This document shows positions 28,291 to 39,409 of a DNA stretch of 64,000 nucleotides, piece by piece. Numbering within the stretch: position 1 is the first letter of the stretch; every line of letters starts with the position of its first letter. The notes under the pieces are model-generated. The model was not told the origin of the DNA. It saw only the letters and a list, made by a program, of their open reading frames with translations, and did not search any database. The DNA is from Macrostomum lignano (taxonomy: Eukaryota). A program made the translations under genes and the position numbers. The stretch is taken from NCBI GenBank assembly GCA_002269645.1, contig NIVC01001830.1, positions 124,001 through 188,000 of the forward strand. Reading direction: 5' to 3'.

Positions 28291-31099
28291 CCGCATGACC
28301 TTGATGCAGCACCTGGAGCAGTGCAGCTCGCGCTCCGACCGGGACCACCACTCGAGCGCCCCACAGGAGGCAGCCGTCTTGCGCACCGAGCTCAACCGCT
28401 CTCTTGGAGTATGGCAGCAGATCGTCACTGACCCGCTCTGGCCAGCCGATTTGCGTGAAGTGCAGAGCTCGGGCTAGTGTGGGGTCCCTTCGAGTCAGGC
28501 CGCGTATCTGAGCTGCCGTGACAGGTCCATCGTCCAGGTGGTCCATCAGCATGACCAGCTCTGCCAGCTTCGGGACTGTCGGGAGCTTCGGCTTGTCGGG
28601 CAGCGGCAGGCGACTCAGGGCATTGGCGCACAGCAGTGAGGCTCCGGCTCGGTGAACCATGCGGTAGTTATAGCCAGACAGCAGCAGAGCCCACCTCTGA
28701 ATTCTTCCAGATGCCAGGGCCGGCACGGCCTTGTTCTCAGAAAGCAATCCAAGCAGAGGTTTGTGGTCACCCACCAGCAGAAATGGGCGGCCGAACAGGT
28801 ACGCGTTGAACTTCTTGACCGCAAACACTACAGCGAGGGCTTCCTTCTCGAGCTGCGAATAGTTTTTCTCAGCGTCGTGCAACGTACGCGAGGCAAAGGC
28901 CACAGGCCGGACAGCGCCCGTTCTGAGCGGTGTTCTGAGCAGCGCCCCAGTTCCAGCGGTGTTGCTCGCGCAGCAGCAGGTGCAGCGGTGTTGCTCGCGC
29001 AGCAGCAGGTGCAGCGGTGCCAGGACTTGAGACAAATTAGGTAGGAACTTGCCATAGTAGTTCACCATGCCTAGGAAGCTGCGCAGCTGAGTTGCGTCCT
29101 TGGGAGCTGGAGCGCTGACAATCGCCTCGACCTTGTCTTTGATCGGGTGCAGGCCGTCGGCATCGATGCGGTGACCGAGATAACTGACGCTCGTCTGCAT
29201 GAACTGGCACTTCTCCAGCTTGCACCGGAGGCCGCTCTGGCTCAGCTTCTCCAGAACCTGCTCCAGGGAGTTCAGATGACTGCTGTCGTCCTTTCCGGTG
29301 ATGATGAGGTCATCGATGAAGCAGGCGGTGCTGGTGATTCCTTGCAGCAAGCAGTCCATCCGGCGCTGAAAAATCCCGACCGCTGGCGAGACACCGAAGG
29401 GCAGCCGAGTGTACCGAAGCAGCCCTTTGTGCGTATTGATCGTGCAGACTTCCTGGGAAGCCTCATCGAGTGGCAGCTGCATGTACGCCTGCGACAAGCC
29501 GAGCTTAGTGAAGAGCCGCCCACCAGTCAGCTTCGCGAACAGCTCTTCGATCCGCGGCAGAGGATACGAGTCGGGCTCCACGTTCGGGTTGACGGTTTGC
29601 TTGAAGTCGGCGCAGACCCTCACAGATCCGTCGGACTTGAGCACTGGAACCACCGGCGATGCGTACTCGGAGTGCTGCACGGGCACCAGGATTCCTTGTT
29701 CGATCTCGCGGTTCAGTTGGCTCTCCACCTTGTCCTTCACACCAAAGGGGAGATTCCTGGCCTTCATAAAGCGAGGTTGAGCATCGGGTTTCATATTCAA
29801 ACTCACTGGTGGTCCGTTGTACTTTCCTAGCTCAGGCGAAAAAACATCGCTGTACTTGTCGAGCAGCTGCTGCATTCTGGGCGACACCTCCGGAGAAGCC
29901 GCCATTTGCTTGATTGATCTCCAGTCGAGCCGCAACTCGGACAGCCAGTCTCTTCCGAGCAGGTCGGATCCGCAGCCGGCGACCACAAGGAGGCTGAGTG
30001 ACTTGGGCGGTGCTTCAGCAGCTTCCACAGCAACGCAGATGCAGCCTTCGATTGGCACTTTCTCACCGGAGTATGTTCGCAGCTGCATGGACGCAGGCTG
30101 CAGTGCTGGCTGGGAGTTGAGCACGGTCCTGTAGGTCTTCGAGGATACCAGGGACACGGAGGCTCCGGTGTCCACTTCCATGACAACAGGTCGGCCATTG
30201 ATGCGCACCGTCGTTGTAATCGGCGGCACCTTCGACACTCGCTTGCCGGACAGTTGGTACAGTGAGTGGGCCGTTTCCTCCTCGCAGCTGTCTTTTTCCT
30301 CGCCGTCCTGCAACTGCAGAGCCTCTCTTCTATCGTCCTTCGACTGGGATTTGCAGGCAGCCGCAGTGTGGCCGGTCTTTGAGCACTTGTAGCACTTCTG
30401 GGTGGCGAACGGGCACTTATTAGCGAGATGCTTCGTTGACAGGCACCTGAAGCACCTCCTTGTCGAAGATGACTTCTGCTGTTGCTTGACAATGCTGACG
30501 GACTCCTGACTGACTAGATCTGGCTTACTCGCTCCCGACACCAGCTGGCAGCCCTTGGCAGCGGACTCGTGGGCCAGGGCCAGCTTCAATGCCTTCGCTA
30601 GAGTGAGATCGGGCTCCGCCAGCAGCCGCCGCTGAGCGCCGTCGTTGTTGATTCCCAGCACCAGCCTGTCGCGAAGCATCGAAGTCAGGCTGTCGCCGAA
30701 CTTGCAGTCGCGAGCCAGGTCTCGGAGGTCTGCGACAAAGTCAGCGACGCCCTCACCTTCCCTGCGATTTCTGGTGTAGAATCGGTAACGATGGACGATC
30801 TCGGACTCCTCAGGCTCGAAATGGCTCTTCAGTGCCCCACAAATTTCGGTGTAGCTCTTGGCTGATGGCTGTGCAGGAGACAGAAGACTGAAGGCCAGAT
30901 GGAAGACTTTCTTGCCGCATGAACTCAGCAGAATTGCTCGCTTTTTCGCTTCCTCAGTGACGTCATTGGCAACAAAATAGGAGGAAATTGGGGAGGGAAG
31001 ATTGGGGAGGTATTGTTCTAACCTTGCTTGGTACATATGCCACGGCTCAGAGCCTTCTTCGTATGGGCCGACAAGCCCTAGTGCACTTGCACTACTCAT
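28226..31099 (-). CDS. Gag-PR-RT-RNase H polyprotein ORF of the LTR element (defective)
   Basis: Two CX2CX4HX4C knuckles, protease VDTGA, RT FIDD. RT motif reads KLGLSQAY instead of KLDLS.AY; the RNase H DAS motif is missing. Confidence 0.9.
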   Translation of the reverse strand: MSSASALGLVGPYEEGSEPWHMYQARLEQYLPNLPSPISSYFVANDVTEEAKKRAILLSSCGKKVFHLAFSLLSPAQPSAKSYTEICGALKSHFEPEESEIVHRYRFYTRNRREGEGVADFVADLRDLARDCKFGDSLTSMLRDRLVLGINNDGAQRRLLAEPDLTLAKALKLALAHESAAKGCQLVSGASKPDLVSQESVSIVKQQQKSSSTRRCFRCLSTKHLANKCPFATQKCYKCSKTGHTAAACKSQSKDDRREALQLQDGEEKDSCEEETAHSLYQLSGKRVSKVPPITTTVRINGRPVVMEVDTGASVSLVSSKTYRTVLNSQPALQPASMQLRTYSGEKVPIEGCICVAVEAAEAPPKSLSLLVVAGCGSDLLGRDWLSELRLDWRSIKQMAASPEVSPRMQQLLDKYSDVFSPELGKYNGPPVSLNMKPDAQPRFMKARNLPFGVKDKVESQLNREIEQGILVPVQHSEYASPVVPVLKSDGSVRVCADFKQTVNPNVEPDSYPLPRIEELFAKLTGGRLFTKLGLSQAYMQLPLDEASQEVCTINTHKGLLRYTRLPFGVSPAVGIFQRRMDCLLQGITSTACFIDDLIITGKDDSSHLNSLEQVLEKLSQSGLRCKLEKCQFMQTSVSYLGHRIDADGLHPIKDKVEAIVSAPAPKDATQLRSFLGMVNYYGKFLPNLSQVLAPLHLLLREQHRCTCCCASNTAGTGALLRTPLRTGAVRPVAFASRTLHDAEKNYSQLEKEALAVVFAVKKFNAYLFGRPFLLVGDHKPLLGLLSENKAVPALASGRIQRWALLLSGYNYRMVHRAGASLLCANALSRLPLPDKPKLPTVPKLAELVMLMDHLDDGPVTAAQIRGLTRRDPTLARALHFTQIGWPERVSDDLLPYSKRAVELGAQDGCLLWGARVVVPVGARAALLQVLHQGHAGVTHEDASPRLFLVARIRLGD

Positions 31100-31310
31100 T
31101 TGCGCAGGATCGTTTCAGTCTCGTCGCCACTGTGAAAACTCCACTTCGGGGGTAAGACCCCCCCAAGGCAGAGAGCTTGTATTTAATATAGCTGGCCAAC
31201 AATAAAGGTTGTCTGACAAAGCGTCAGCCAATCACACGCGCGCGTGCAGGTGTACACCTGCACTGTACATTACACTAAGCGGAGCAACTGAGCAGACCCA
31301 CGCTACCACA

Positions 31311-31970
31311 GGAGGGAAGACTGTGGAGGGAAGGCAGGGGAGGGAAGGCAGGGGAGGGAAGGCAGGGGAGGGAAGACTGGGGAGGGAAGGCAGGGGAGGG
31401 AAGGCAGGGGAGGGAAGGCAGGGGAGGGAAGGCAGGGGAGGGAAGGCAGGGGAGGGAAGGCAGGGGAGGGAAGGCAGGGGAGGGAAGACTGGGGAGGGAA
31501 GGAAAGAGGGAAGACAGGGGAGGGAAGGCAGGGGAGGAAAGACAGGGGAGGGAAGACTGGGGAGGGAAGGCAAGGGAGGGAAGACTGGGGAGGGAAGACT
31601 GGGGAGGGAAGACTGGGGAGGGAAGGCAGGGGAGGGAAGGTAGGGGAGGGAAGGTAGGGGAGGGAAGGCAGCTTGTCGCAGGGGAGGGAAGGCAGGGGAG
31701 GGAAGGCAGGGGAGGGAAGGCAGGGGAGGGAAGACTGGGGAGGGAAGACTGGGGAGGGAAGGCAGGGGAGGGAAGGCAGGGGAGGGAAGGTAGGGGAGGG
31801 AAGGTAGGGGAGGGAAGGCAGCTTGTCGCAGGGGAGGGAAGGCAGGGGAGGGAAGGCAGGGGAGGGAAGGCAGGGGAGGGAAGACTGGGGAGGGAAGACT
31901 GGGGAGGGAAGGCAGGGGAGGGAAGGCAGGGGAGGGAAGGCAGGGGAGGGAAGGCAGGGGAGGGAAGACA
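31311..31970. repeat. 14-bp purine-rich satellite, right part
   Basis: Same unit as 25656-26790. Confidence 0.95.
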
Positions 31971-32037
31971 GGAGTCTCAAATCTAGATAAAAGCAGGTTC
32001 TTCTCAATCTAAATGGATACCTCGTTCTCCCCCGCAG

Positions 32038-32240
32038 AGCCTGTACTTTTCTCGCCCAGCAGCAGCAGTGGCGGCGGGCGAGTGGCGGTGCAGCTGGGCG
32101 GCCGGGCGACCCTGGACTGTAGCGGCGGTGGCGGAGGCGGCGGCGAAGGTAACGTCAGGAATTTCCCGCCCACCTCGGTGCACTGGAGCCGCCGGCTGGA
32201 GGATGAAAGCCAGCCTGCCCGACCATCGGTGCTGGCATGG
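32038..32240 (+). CDS. Ig protein exon 4 (first half of Ig2)
   Basis: Acceptor CTCGTTCTCCCCCGCAG|, phase 1; encodes VQLGGRATLDC...PPTSVHW; donor TGG|GTGGGT, phase 0. Confidence 0.75.
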
Positions 32241-32495
32241 GTGGGTGTTCCAGCGGCATAGGGGTGTGCTGTCGTGAGTTCGGTGTGAGTGGGATTCTGG
32301 GATTCAGAATTTTGGGAGATATGGGGTTTGGGGAGATTTCGAGTTTTGGGAGATTTGGAGTTTGGGGATATTTGGAGTTTAGGGATATTTGGAGTTTGGG
32401 GAGATTTTGAGTTTGGGGGGATTTGGAGTTCGGGAGATTTGGAGTTTTTGGAGAAATTTTGATTAAAATTCTTTCAAACTTATTTACTCTCGTAG

Positions 32496-32625
32496 GGGTC
32501 CGCATACGAACTAAACAACGTCACCATGGAAACGGCTCGGTATATTTTCACCTGCCACGTTAACAATCAATTGGATCCAGAATGGACTGCCAGCTTCCGG
32601 CTTGACCTCATCAATGCTACGATGC
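32496..32625 (+). CDS. Ig protein exon 5 (second half of Ig2; absent from the ORF track)
   Basis: Acceptor TTTACTCTCGTAG|, phase 0; encodes GSAYELNNVTMETARYIFTCHVNNQLDPEWTASFRLDLINATM; donor C|GTAAGG, phase 1. Confidence 0.8.
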
Positions 32626-32700
32626 GTAAGGGAGCAATGGAAAAGAAATAGTCTATTGAAAGTAGTATTTAAAGCACTAGCAGATTTCACTGAATAATCT

Positions 32701-33056
32701 TCCGCTGTCGCTTCCGCTGTCGCTTCCACTGTCGCTTCCGCTGTCGCTTCCGCTGTCGCTTCCGCTGTCGCTTCCGCTGTCGCTTCCGCTGTCGCTTCCG
32801 CTGTCGCTTCCGCTGTCGCTTCCGCTGTCGCTTCCGCTGTCGCTTCCGCTGTCGCTTCCGCTGTCGCTTCCGCTGTCGCTTCCGCTGTCGCTTCCGCTGT
32901 CGCTTCCGCTGTCGCTTCCGCTGTCGCTTCCGCTGTCGCTTCCGCTGTCGCTTCCGCTGTCGCTTCCGCTGTCGCTTCCGCTGTCGCTTCCGCTGTCGCT
33001 TCCGCTGTCGCTTCCGCTGTCGCTTCCGCTGTCGCTTCCGCTGTCGCTTCCGCTGT
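32701..33056. repeat. 12-bp tandem repeat TCCGCTGTCGCT, ~30 copies, intron 5
   Basis: Read directly. Confidence 0.95.
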
Positions 33057-33086
33057 CAATCGAAATTTTGTCCCAATCACCCGCAG

Positions 33087-33271
33087 CTCCGCCAGGCCCC
33101 ATCACCGCCACCTACAACGGCATCCGCTCAGCTTTGAGGGCCGACAATCCACGGGCGACACCCCGTGACGGCGAGAGCTTCACCCTGGCCTGTAGTTCGC
33201 GAGGCGAGAGCCTCCGTTTCACCTGGCTGCGCAACGGCACCCAGCTGATGCCTTTTGCCGACCCCAATCTT
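33087..33271 (+). CDS. Ig protein exon 6 (first half of Ig3)
   Basis: Acceptor CCCGCAG|, phase 1; encodes [24 protein letters not shown]; donor CTT|GTGAGC, phase 0. Confidence 0.8.
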
Positions 33272-33287
33272 GTGAGCACCGAGTTTG

Positions 33288-34051
33288 GAGACACTGGATA
33301 AAGACACTGGATAGAGACACTGGATAGAGACACTGGATAGAGACACTGGATAGACACTGGATAGAGACACTGGATAGAGACACTGGATAGAGACACTGGA
33401 TAGAGACACTGGATAGAGACACTGGATAGAGACACTGGATAGAGACACTGGATAGAGACACTGGATAGAGACACTGGATAGAGACACTGGATAGAGACAC
33501 TGGATAGAGACACTGGATAGAGACACTGGATAGAGACACTGGATAGAGACACTGGATAGAGACACTGGATAGAGACACTGGATAGAGACACTGGATAGAG
33601 ACACTGGATAGAGACACTGGATAGAGACACTGGATAGAGACACTGGATAGAGACACTGGATAGAGACACTGGATAGAGACACTGGATAGAGACACTGGAT
33701 AGAGACACTGGATAGAGACACTGGATAGAGACACTGGATAGAGACACTGGATAGAGACACTGGATAGAGACACTGGATAGAGACACTGGATAGAGACACT
33801 GGATAGAGACACTGGATAGAGACACTGGATAGAGACACTGGATAGAGACACTGGATAGAGACACTGGATAGAGACACTGGATAGAGACACTGGATAGAGA
33901 CACTGGATAGAGACACTGGATAGAGACACTGGATAGAGACACTGGATAGAGACACTGGATAGAGACACTGGATAGAGACACTGGATAGAGACACTGGATA
34001 GAGACACTGGATAGAGACACTGGATAGAGACACTGGATAGAGACACTGGAT
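33288..34051. repeat. 13-bp tandem repeat GAGACACTGGATA, ~58 copies, intron 6
   Basis: Read directly. Confidence 0.95.
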
Positions 34052-34098
34052 CTCCTGCCTAGCCATGCATTAAATCACCCAAACCACTCCATCCACAG

Positions 34099-34237
34099 TT
34101 CCTGTACAGCAGCGCCGTTGGTTCTCTGCACATTTCCGATCTGCTCATACGAAGTTTTCGCCCCAGCAACCGCGGCCTGTACCAGTGCGTGGCCAGCAAT
34201 GTGGCTGGTCGAAGCGGCTTTGTCTTCAATCTGACTG
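34099..34237 (+). CDS. Ig protein exon 7 (second half of Ig3, I-set-like; absent from the ORF track)
   Basis: Acceptor CCATCCACAG|, phase 0; encodes LLIRSFRPSNRGLYQCVASNVAGRSGFVFNLT; donor G|GTGAGC, phase 1. Confidence 0.85.
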
Positions 34238-34254
34238 GTGAGCGTTGACCCCCC

Positions 34255-34605
34255 AACTCAAGATTGGGTAGATGATGTAGAGAGGCTGTGCATTGAGGAT
34301 CTAGGTTCTCCAGCTCAAGATTGAGTAGTTGATGCAGAGAGGCTGTGCATTGAGGATCTGGGATCTCCAGCTCAAGGCTGTGAAGGTTGAGTAGATGATG
34401 CAGAGAGTCCAGCTCAAGATTGAGTAGATGATGCGGAGAGGCTGTGCATTGAGGATCTGGGATCTCCAGCTCAAGATTGAGTAGATGATGCAGAGAGGCT
34501 GTGCATTGAGGATCTGGGATCTCCAGCTCAAGATTGAGTAGATGATGCAGAGAGGCTGTGCATTGAGGATCTGGGATCTCCAGCTCAAGATTGAGTAGTT
34601 GATGC
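34255..34605. repeat. 57-bp minisatellite, ~6 copies, intron 7
   Basis: Period 57 (34441 to 34498). Confidence 0.9.
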
Positions 34606-34740
34606 ACCAAATTGCACAAATTTGGCCTAGAGGAAGGGGCTTTTCATGCGATTTACAGCCTTGAGGGCCAAGACCCAAAGCACAAAAGTAACTTCTAGTG
34701 GTCCTTGGTCGGGACTCAGATCCAGTGAAGTTTTGAAGAG

Positions 34741-35060
34741 ATGGCCTAGACGGCACTTCAGGCGGCTCATCGACGACGGATCGCGACCGGCTGGGGACTC
34801 TGACAACACCGGGCGGTCCCGGCGGCGTCGGGACGGGCGGCGGCACGTGGCGACCGACCATGGCTGGCCAGCAGCAGCAGCAGCTGGGCTCCGGCTGGGG
34901 CGCCGGCAGCGGCGACGACGAGTGGGGGGACGCCGATTTCGGATCCGGTGACGGCCGGCCGGAAGCGCCGGCGACCACCGGTGCGGCGCCGCCCTCAACG
35001 AGGAGGCGACGACGAGCTGGGCGACACAGCTTGAAGATCAAGCGGCTGATGCTGCCGTAG
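34741..35060 (+). CDS. Probable last exon of the Ig protein (G/Q/R-rich low-complexity tail)
   Basis: Phase-1 acceptors at 34740 or 34749; open GC-rich frame ending RRRRRAGRHSLKIKRLMLP*. The spliced total of 1524 nt is divisible by 3, but the acceptor is weak. Confidence 0.5.
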
Positions 35061-35180
35061 ACTGGCTGACTGGGCATTGAGCACGGATGAGCAGATGCTG
35101 GACTCTGAACTCGTGCTGTGTGTGAATTGCCGAGAACTCAATTGGGATAAGGAGAGTCGAAGGGAAAGGTGGAGAGTGGG

Positions 35181-35355
35181 GAGATAGACAGGTGGATTAA
35201 TGAGCGATGGATTTGAGATAGACAGGTGGATTAATGAGCGATGGATTTGAGATAGACAGGTGGATTAATCCGATGGATTTGAGATAGACAGGTGGATTAA
35301 TCCGATGGATTTGAGATAGACAGGGGGATTAATGAGCGATAGACAGGTGGATTAA
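35181..35355. repeat. ~32-34-bp tandem repeat (GAGATAGACAGGTGGATTAAT...), ~5 copies
   Basis: Read directly. Confidence 0.85.
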
Positions 35356-35814
35356 GAATCTGAGGTATTGACAAAGGATAATAAAATACTTGAAAACCTG
35401 TGTAACATTGCATTCTCGTGCAAGTTTGCAATACTGATGGCGAGTCCCAGCAAGTCCCAGCGATTCAACCATGAACTTCGATTCCTGAAAAGACGCGTCA
35501 CAAAAAATATACTATGCTCACTACTTATCAGCAATTGTGTTAGTAGTATAAAATCTACTCGGGCAGAATTAAAACTCTGGCTAATAATTATTTTGAGGCT
35601 TGCTCCGCTCAGAGTCACACGGCAGGCAGCCTCTCATTGGCTGGGAGGTGGGGAGCTTCACACGGATCTCTTACCCCCCCCCGTTGCCCCTCTGCTGTTG
35701 TACAGCAGCCGACTCCCTCCATTCAAGCTGTTCCAATAAGGGAGAGCTCGACAAGCCTCCACCTCCTCAGCCACCTACCTATTATTAGCTGGGACTGAAG
35801 TCTAGCGACAACAG

Positions 35815-35851
<37 letters not shown>

Positions 35852-35984
35852 CAGATTTTTATCAGAAACACAGGTGACTCTGTAATGCTTCATCAAATTA
35901 CCAGAACTGAGAGCATTCACTGATCGAGAAGCCAGTATAGCAGTTATAATATTCAATAATTGTGCTAATTAGATTGCGGTAGCA

Positions 35985-36459
35985 ATGCCCAACGGCAAAG
36001 GCCTGTGCCGCAGGGCCAAGGTTGACCGGCTGTGGCGAGTCTGGTACGCGCTGCTCATCCTGGCTGTACACGGCTTCCTGCTGCACGCCAGCTTCCAGCG
36101 CTACTCCGCCTTCAGGAGCCGGGCTCTGCGCGAGCAATGGCCCATGGGCCCCATGAATTTCCACCTGGCCGGGGCCATCGCTGCCGCCCTGATGCTGCCG
36201 CTGTTCATGTACTCGGCCTTCCTGAAGACTGACAACTTCGCCGAGGACGGCGTGCAGGTCGGGCGCGATCGCGACAGCCTCCGCGTGGCCGCCGTTGATG
36301 TGGCCGAAGGCGTCGTCGGCTGTGGCGCCTGCCTATCGCGACTACTGCGCCACTTTGTGCCGTACACCAGCGCGCTGCACCTGCTGATGTCGCTCTGTCT
36401 GCTGCTGCCGATGCCGGTGCTGGAGGCTGAGGAGATTCACCGGGAGCAGCTGGCGAAAG
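35985..36459 (+). CDS. tinc: Tincar-like multi-pass membrane protein, exon 1
   Basis: CRRAKVDRLWRVWY...DNFAEDG...LHLLMSLCLLLP match my recollection of the tincar-family N-terminus; donor G|GTGAGG, phase 1. Confidence 0.75.
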
Positions 36460-36476
36460 GTGAGGCGTGACTTCTA

Positions 36477-37209
36477 TCTGATAGAGTGCCATTTTGTCTG
36501 AAAGAGTGCCATTTTGTTCTAACAGAGTGCCATTTTGTTCTGATAGAGTGCCACTTTTGTCTGACAGAGTGCCACTTTTTGTCTGACAGAGTGCCACTTT
36601 TTGTCTGACAGAGTGCCACTTTTGTCTGATAGTGTGCCACTTTTGTCTGACAGAATGCCACTTTTGTCTGATAGAGTGCCACTTTTGTCTGATAGAGTGC
36701 CACTTTTGTCTGATAGAGTGCCAATTTTGTCTGATAGAGTGCCACTTTTGTCTGATAGAGTGCCACTTTTGTCTGATAGAGTGCCAATTTTGTCTGATAG
36801 AGTGCCACTTTTGTCTGATAGTGTGCCACTTTTGTCTGATAGAGTGCCACTTTTGTCTGATAGAGTGCCACTTTTGTCTGACAGGCCACTTTTGTCTGAT
36901 AGAGTGCCACTTTTGTCTGATAGAGTGCCACTTTTGTCTGATAGTGTGCCACTTTTGTCTGACAGAGTGGCACTTTTTGTCTGACAGAGTGCCACTTTTG
37001 TCTGATAGAGTGCCACTTTTGTCTGATAGAGTGCCACTTTTGTCTGATAGTGTGCCACTTTTGTCTGACAGAGTGCCACTTTTGTCTGATAGTGTGCCAC
37101 TTTTGTCTGACAGAGTGCCACTTTTTGTCTGACAGAATGCCACTTTTGTCTGATAGAGTGCCACTTTTGTCTGATAGAGTGCCAATTTTGTCTGATAGAG
37201 TGCCAATTT
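36477..37209. repeat. 21-bp minisatellite CTGATAGAGTGCCACTTTTGT, tincar intron 1
   Basis: About 34 copies. Confidence 0.95.
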
Positions 37210-39409
37210 TAGAAGGCTTGGTTCTGCAAGCCTTCATGATGAACGATTCTGTTATGTCGTTGGTTGCCCAAAATTAGCCGAGTGCCTACAGGTGCCAGAA
37301 TTGCAAAGAAATTCCCAACCAATGAAGAAATTAAACCATTCACATCGTTGATAAGCTTAAAAGGCTACATGTATTTATAAAAAAATCATTCCCATGAAAA
37401 GTTACTTCCATGCAGGACACGCAGCAGTTGTCAGACTTTGTCACCAAATTAGGCGGGACTAAACGTGTCCCTGTTTTCTGATCCATTAAGCAAAATAATA
37501 TTGTAGGAGCACGGGGACTTAAAATAACAGAAATGGCATTTTAGTGGGGGTATTTAGCTTCCTCTGTGTGCTATGGCAGATGCATTGGGGGGCTGGGAGA
37601 TGGGAACATTTCAGCTATAGCATTGATCAGGAACCTGTCTGTCTACCTGACTGACTGACTGACTGGCTGAGAGAGAACACTGGTGCAGTCTCTGCAGAAA
37701 AGGGAGAGTTTCTTTGGCTATCAACGGCATGGATTTTGAGCAGCTGGATGGCTGAGCTCTCGGTGACAGGGCCAGGGTCTGATGGTGATGCAGCGGAGAC
37801 TGACTGACTGCTTCACTGACGGTCTGACTGACAAGCCCGAGTTTATCAAGTGGATTGAGAAGCGGTCGCTTGTTACCTTCCTATATGCTTTCCTCTTCAT
37901 CACAACTGGAATTCACTCTCTACTCTCTCTTACCGTGCAAAAAGTGTTGCGTAATTAATTGAATTGTTATGCCTACCCAGCCCTCAGAACAGAGAGTTTG
38001 ACTCAGCATTCTCCCCTGAGACTGAGCGCTGCAGCGACTGTAATACATGGGCGCTGCTTAGTCAAGTCTGTTGGGTCAGGGGGTCACCGGCAGTCGGGTT
38101 GGCAACAGAGCCAGCTTAGGTCAATAGCACCGAATGCTGAAGCGCTGTGTGACCTGCACCGTGCGGTGAAAAAAAAATGATTACCTTCCACCCATGCCTA
38201 CACCTCGATGACTCACAGCCAGCCAACACTGAAAATGAATGAAAGAATCCGAAACAGTAAAATGCGTGCAGTGAATTTCATAGTCGGCGACAAACATATT
38301 GTCGTTCGGTTTAGATAAGTTTTGGCCTTATCTGTAGCTAAATGACTGAAATCGAACAGCTTATGCATGTGGGTGATAGTAGAAAAAGGCTACAAGAGTA
38401 GGGCATTTGCGCCGCAGTGACTCCGAGATCGAGAGAGGGGGGGGGGGTAGGGAGGGAATGTGTGAGAAATTCAACTTTTTTGCCATACTAAAACTTGAGC
38501 ATAGCCTGACTGACTGCCTACAACTCGCAGTTATGGTAACTACTGTCACGCCTAAGTGTGTTTGTTTATTTTACTTTCTAGCCGTCATAAACACAGATTT
38601 AATAATATAATAGCCAGATGCTGAGTATTTAGTAACTTTAGTAATCTGTTTCTATTCAGAGATGAAGCGGATCACCGAGGCACTGAGAGGGATTAACGCA
38701 AATTATTAATGAGGCCCAACTCCATAAGGCATCGAGTGTGTGCATGAGTATGTCTCCATAAAATCTCACACCTAGACCTAACTCTGTTATTTACCTAACG
38801 ACCGCCATATCGCTTCAGAAACTAACGCGATTCGTCATCGGTTTCTATAAATTACACACCTGCACTGCCTGTGCTTCTCTGTCTGTCTCGATCCTCATCA
38901 ATTGCAGCCTCCCGAACCCCTGTGGCTATATAGGACAGTAGCTTGAGCAGGCCGGAAGCTTCTCAATAGAAATAAAGATACTCACCTATAGTTGACTCAA
39001 AAGCCTGCAGGGCCCGGCAATGGCAGGCAGAGATCGGGGCGTACAGCGACAGAGGATCGTTGGAGAAGGGGAGGTCATTGTGGCCAAGGCTGAGACACGC
39101 CCGAGTGCGGGGCGGTGAGATTACGCAATCGATTGAGACACGGAGCACCAGCGGGCAGAGCCAGTCGGGATGATCTGAGTGGGCCAAGGATTAGGGATGT
39201 GATCCCGTTTGCCGATTCCGGCGCCTCCGGGGGTCGGGGGGGGGGGGTTGAAATTAATGACGGGCAGCCGCCGCGGTTTATGCGCAGTCACCGCTCGTGC
39301 AGCTCTTGGTTTGCTGGTGGGCCGCTCTTTGTTCCCCCCCATTCCGAGGGATAACTTTTACTTTGCAGGGAAGTTATCCCCTCCTAGGGACTGCTGTTGT
39401 TGTAGCTAA

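Larger units (their letters stand above)
26791..31310 (-). mobile_element. Full-length Ty3/Gypsy LTR retrotransposon (Mag-like), 4520 bp, 5-bp TSD GGAGG
   Basis: TG...CA LTRs at 26791-26969 and 31131-31310 differ by one substitution and one indel. PPT at 26970-26983. PBS TGGCGACGAG at 31120-31129 (complementary to the tRNA-Ser(GCU) 3' end). TSD at 26786-26790 and 31311-31315. Confidence 0.95.
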
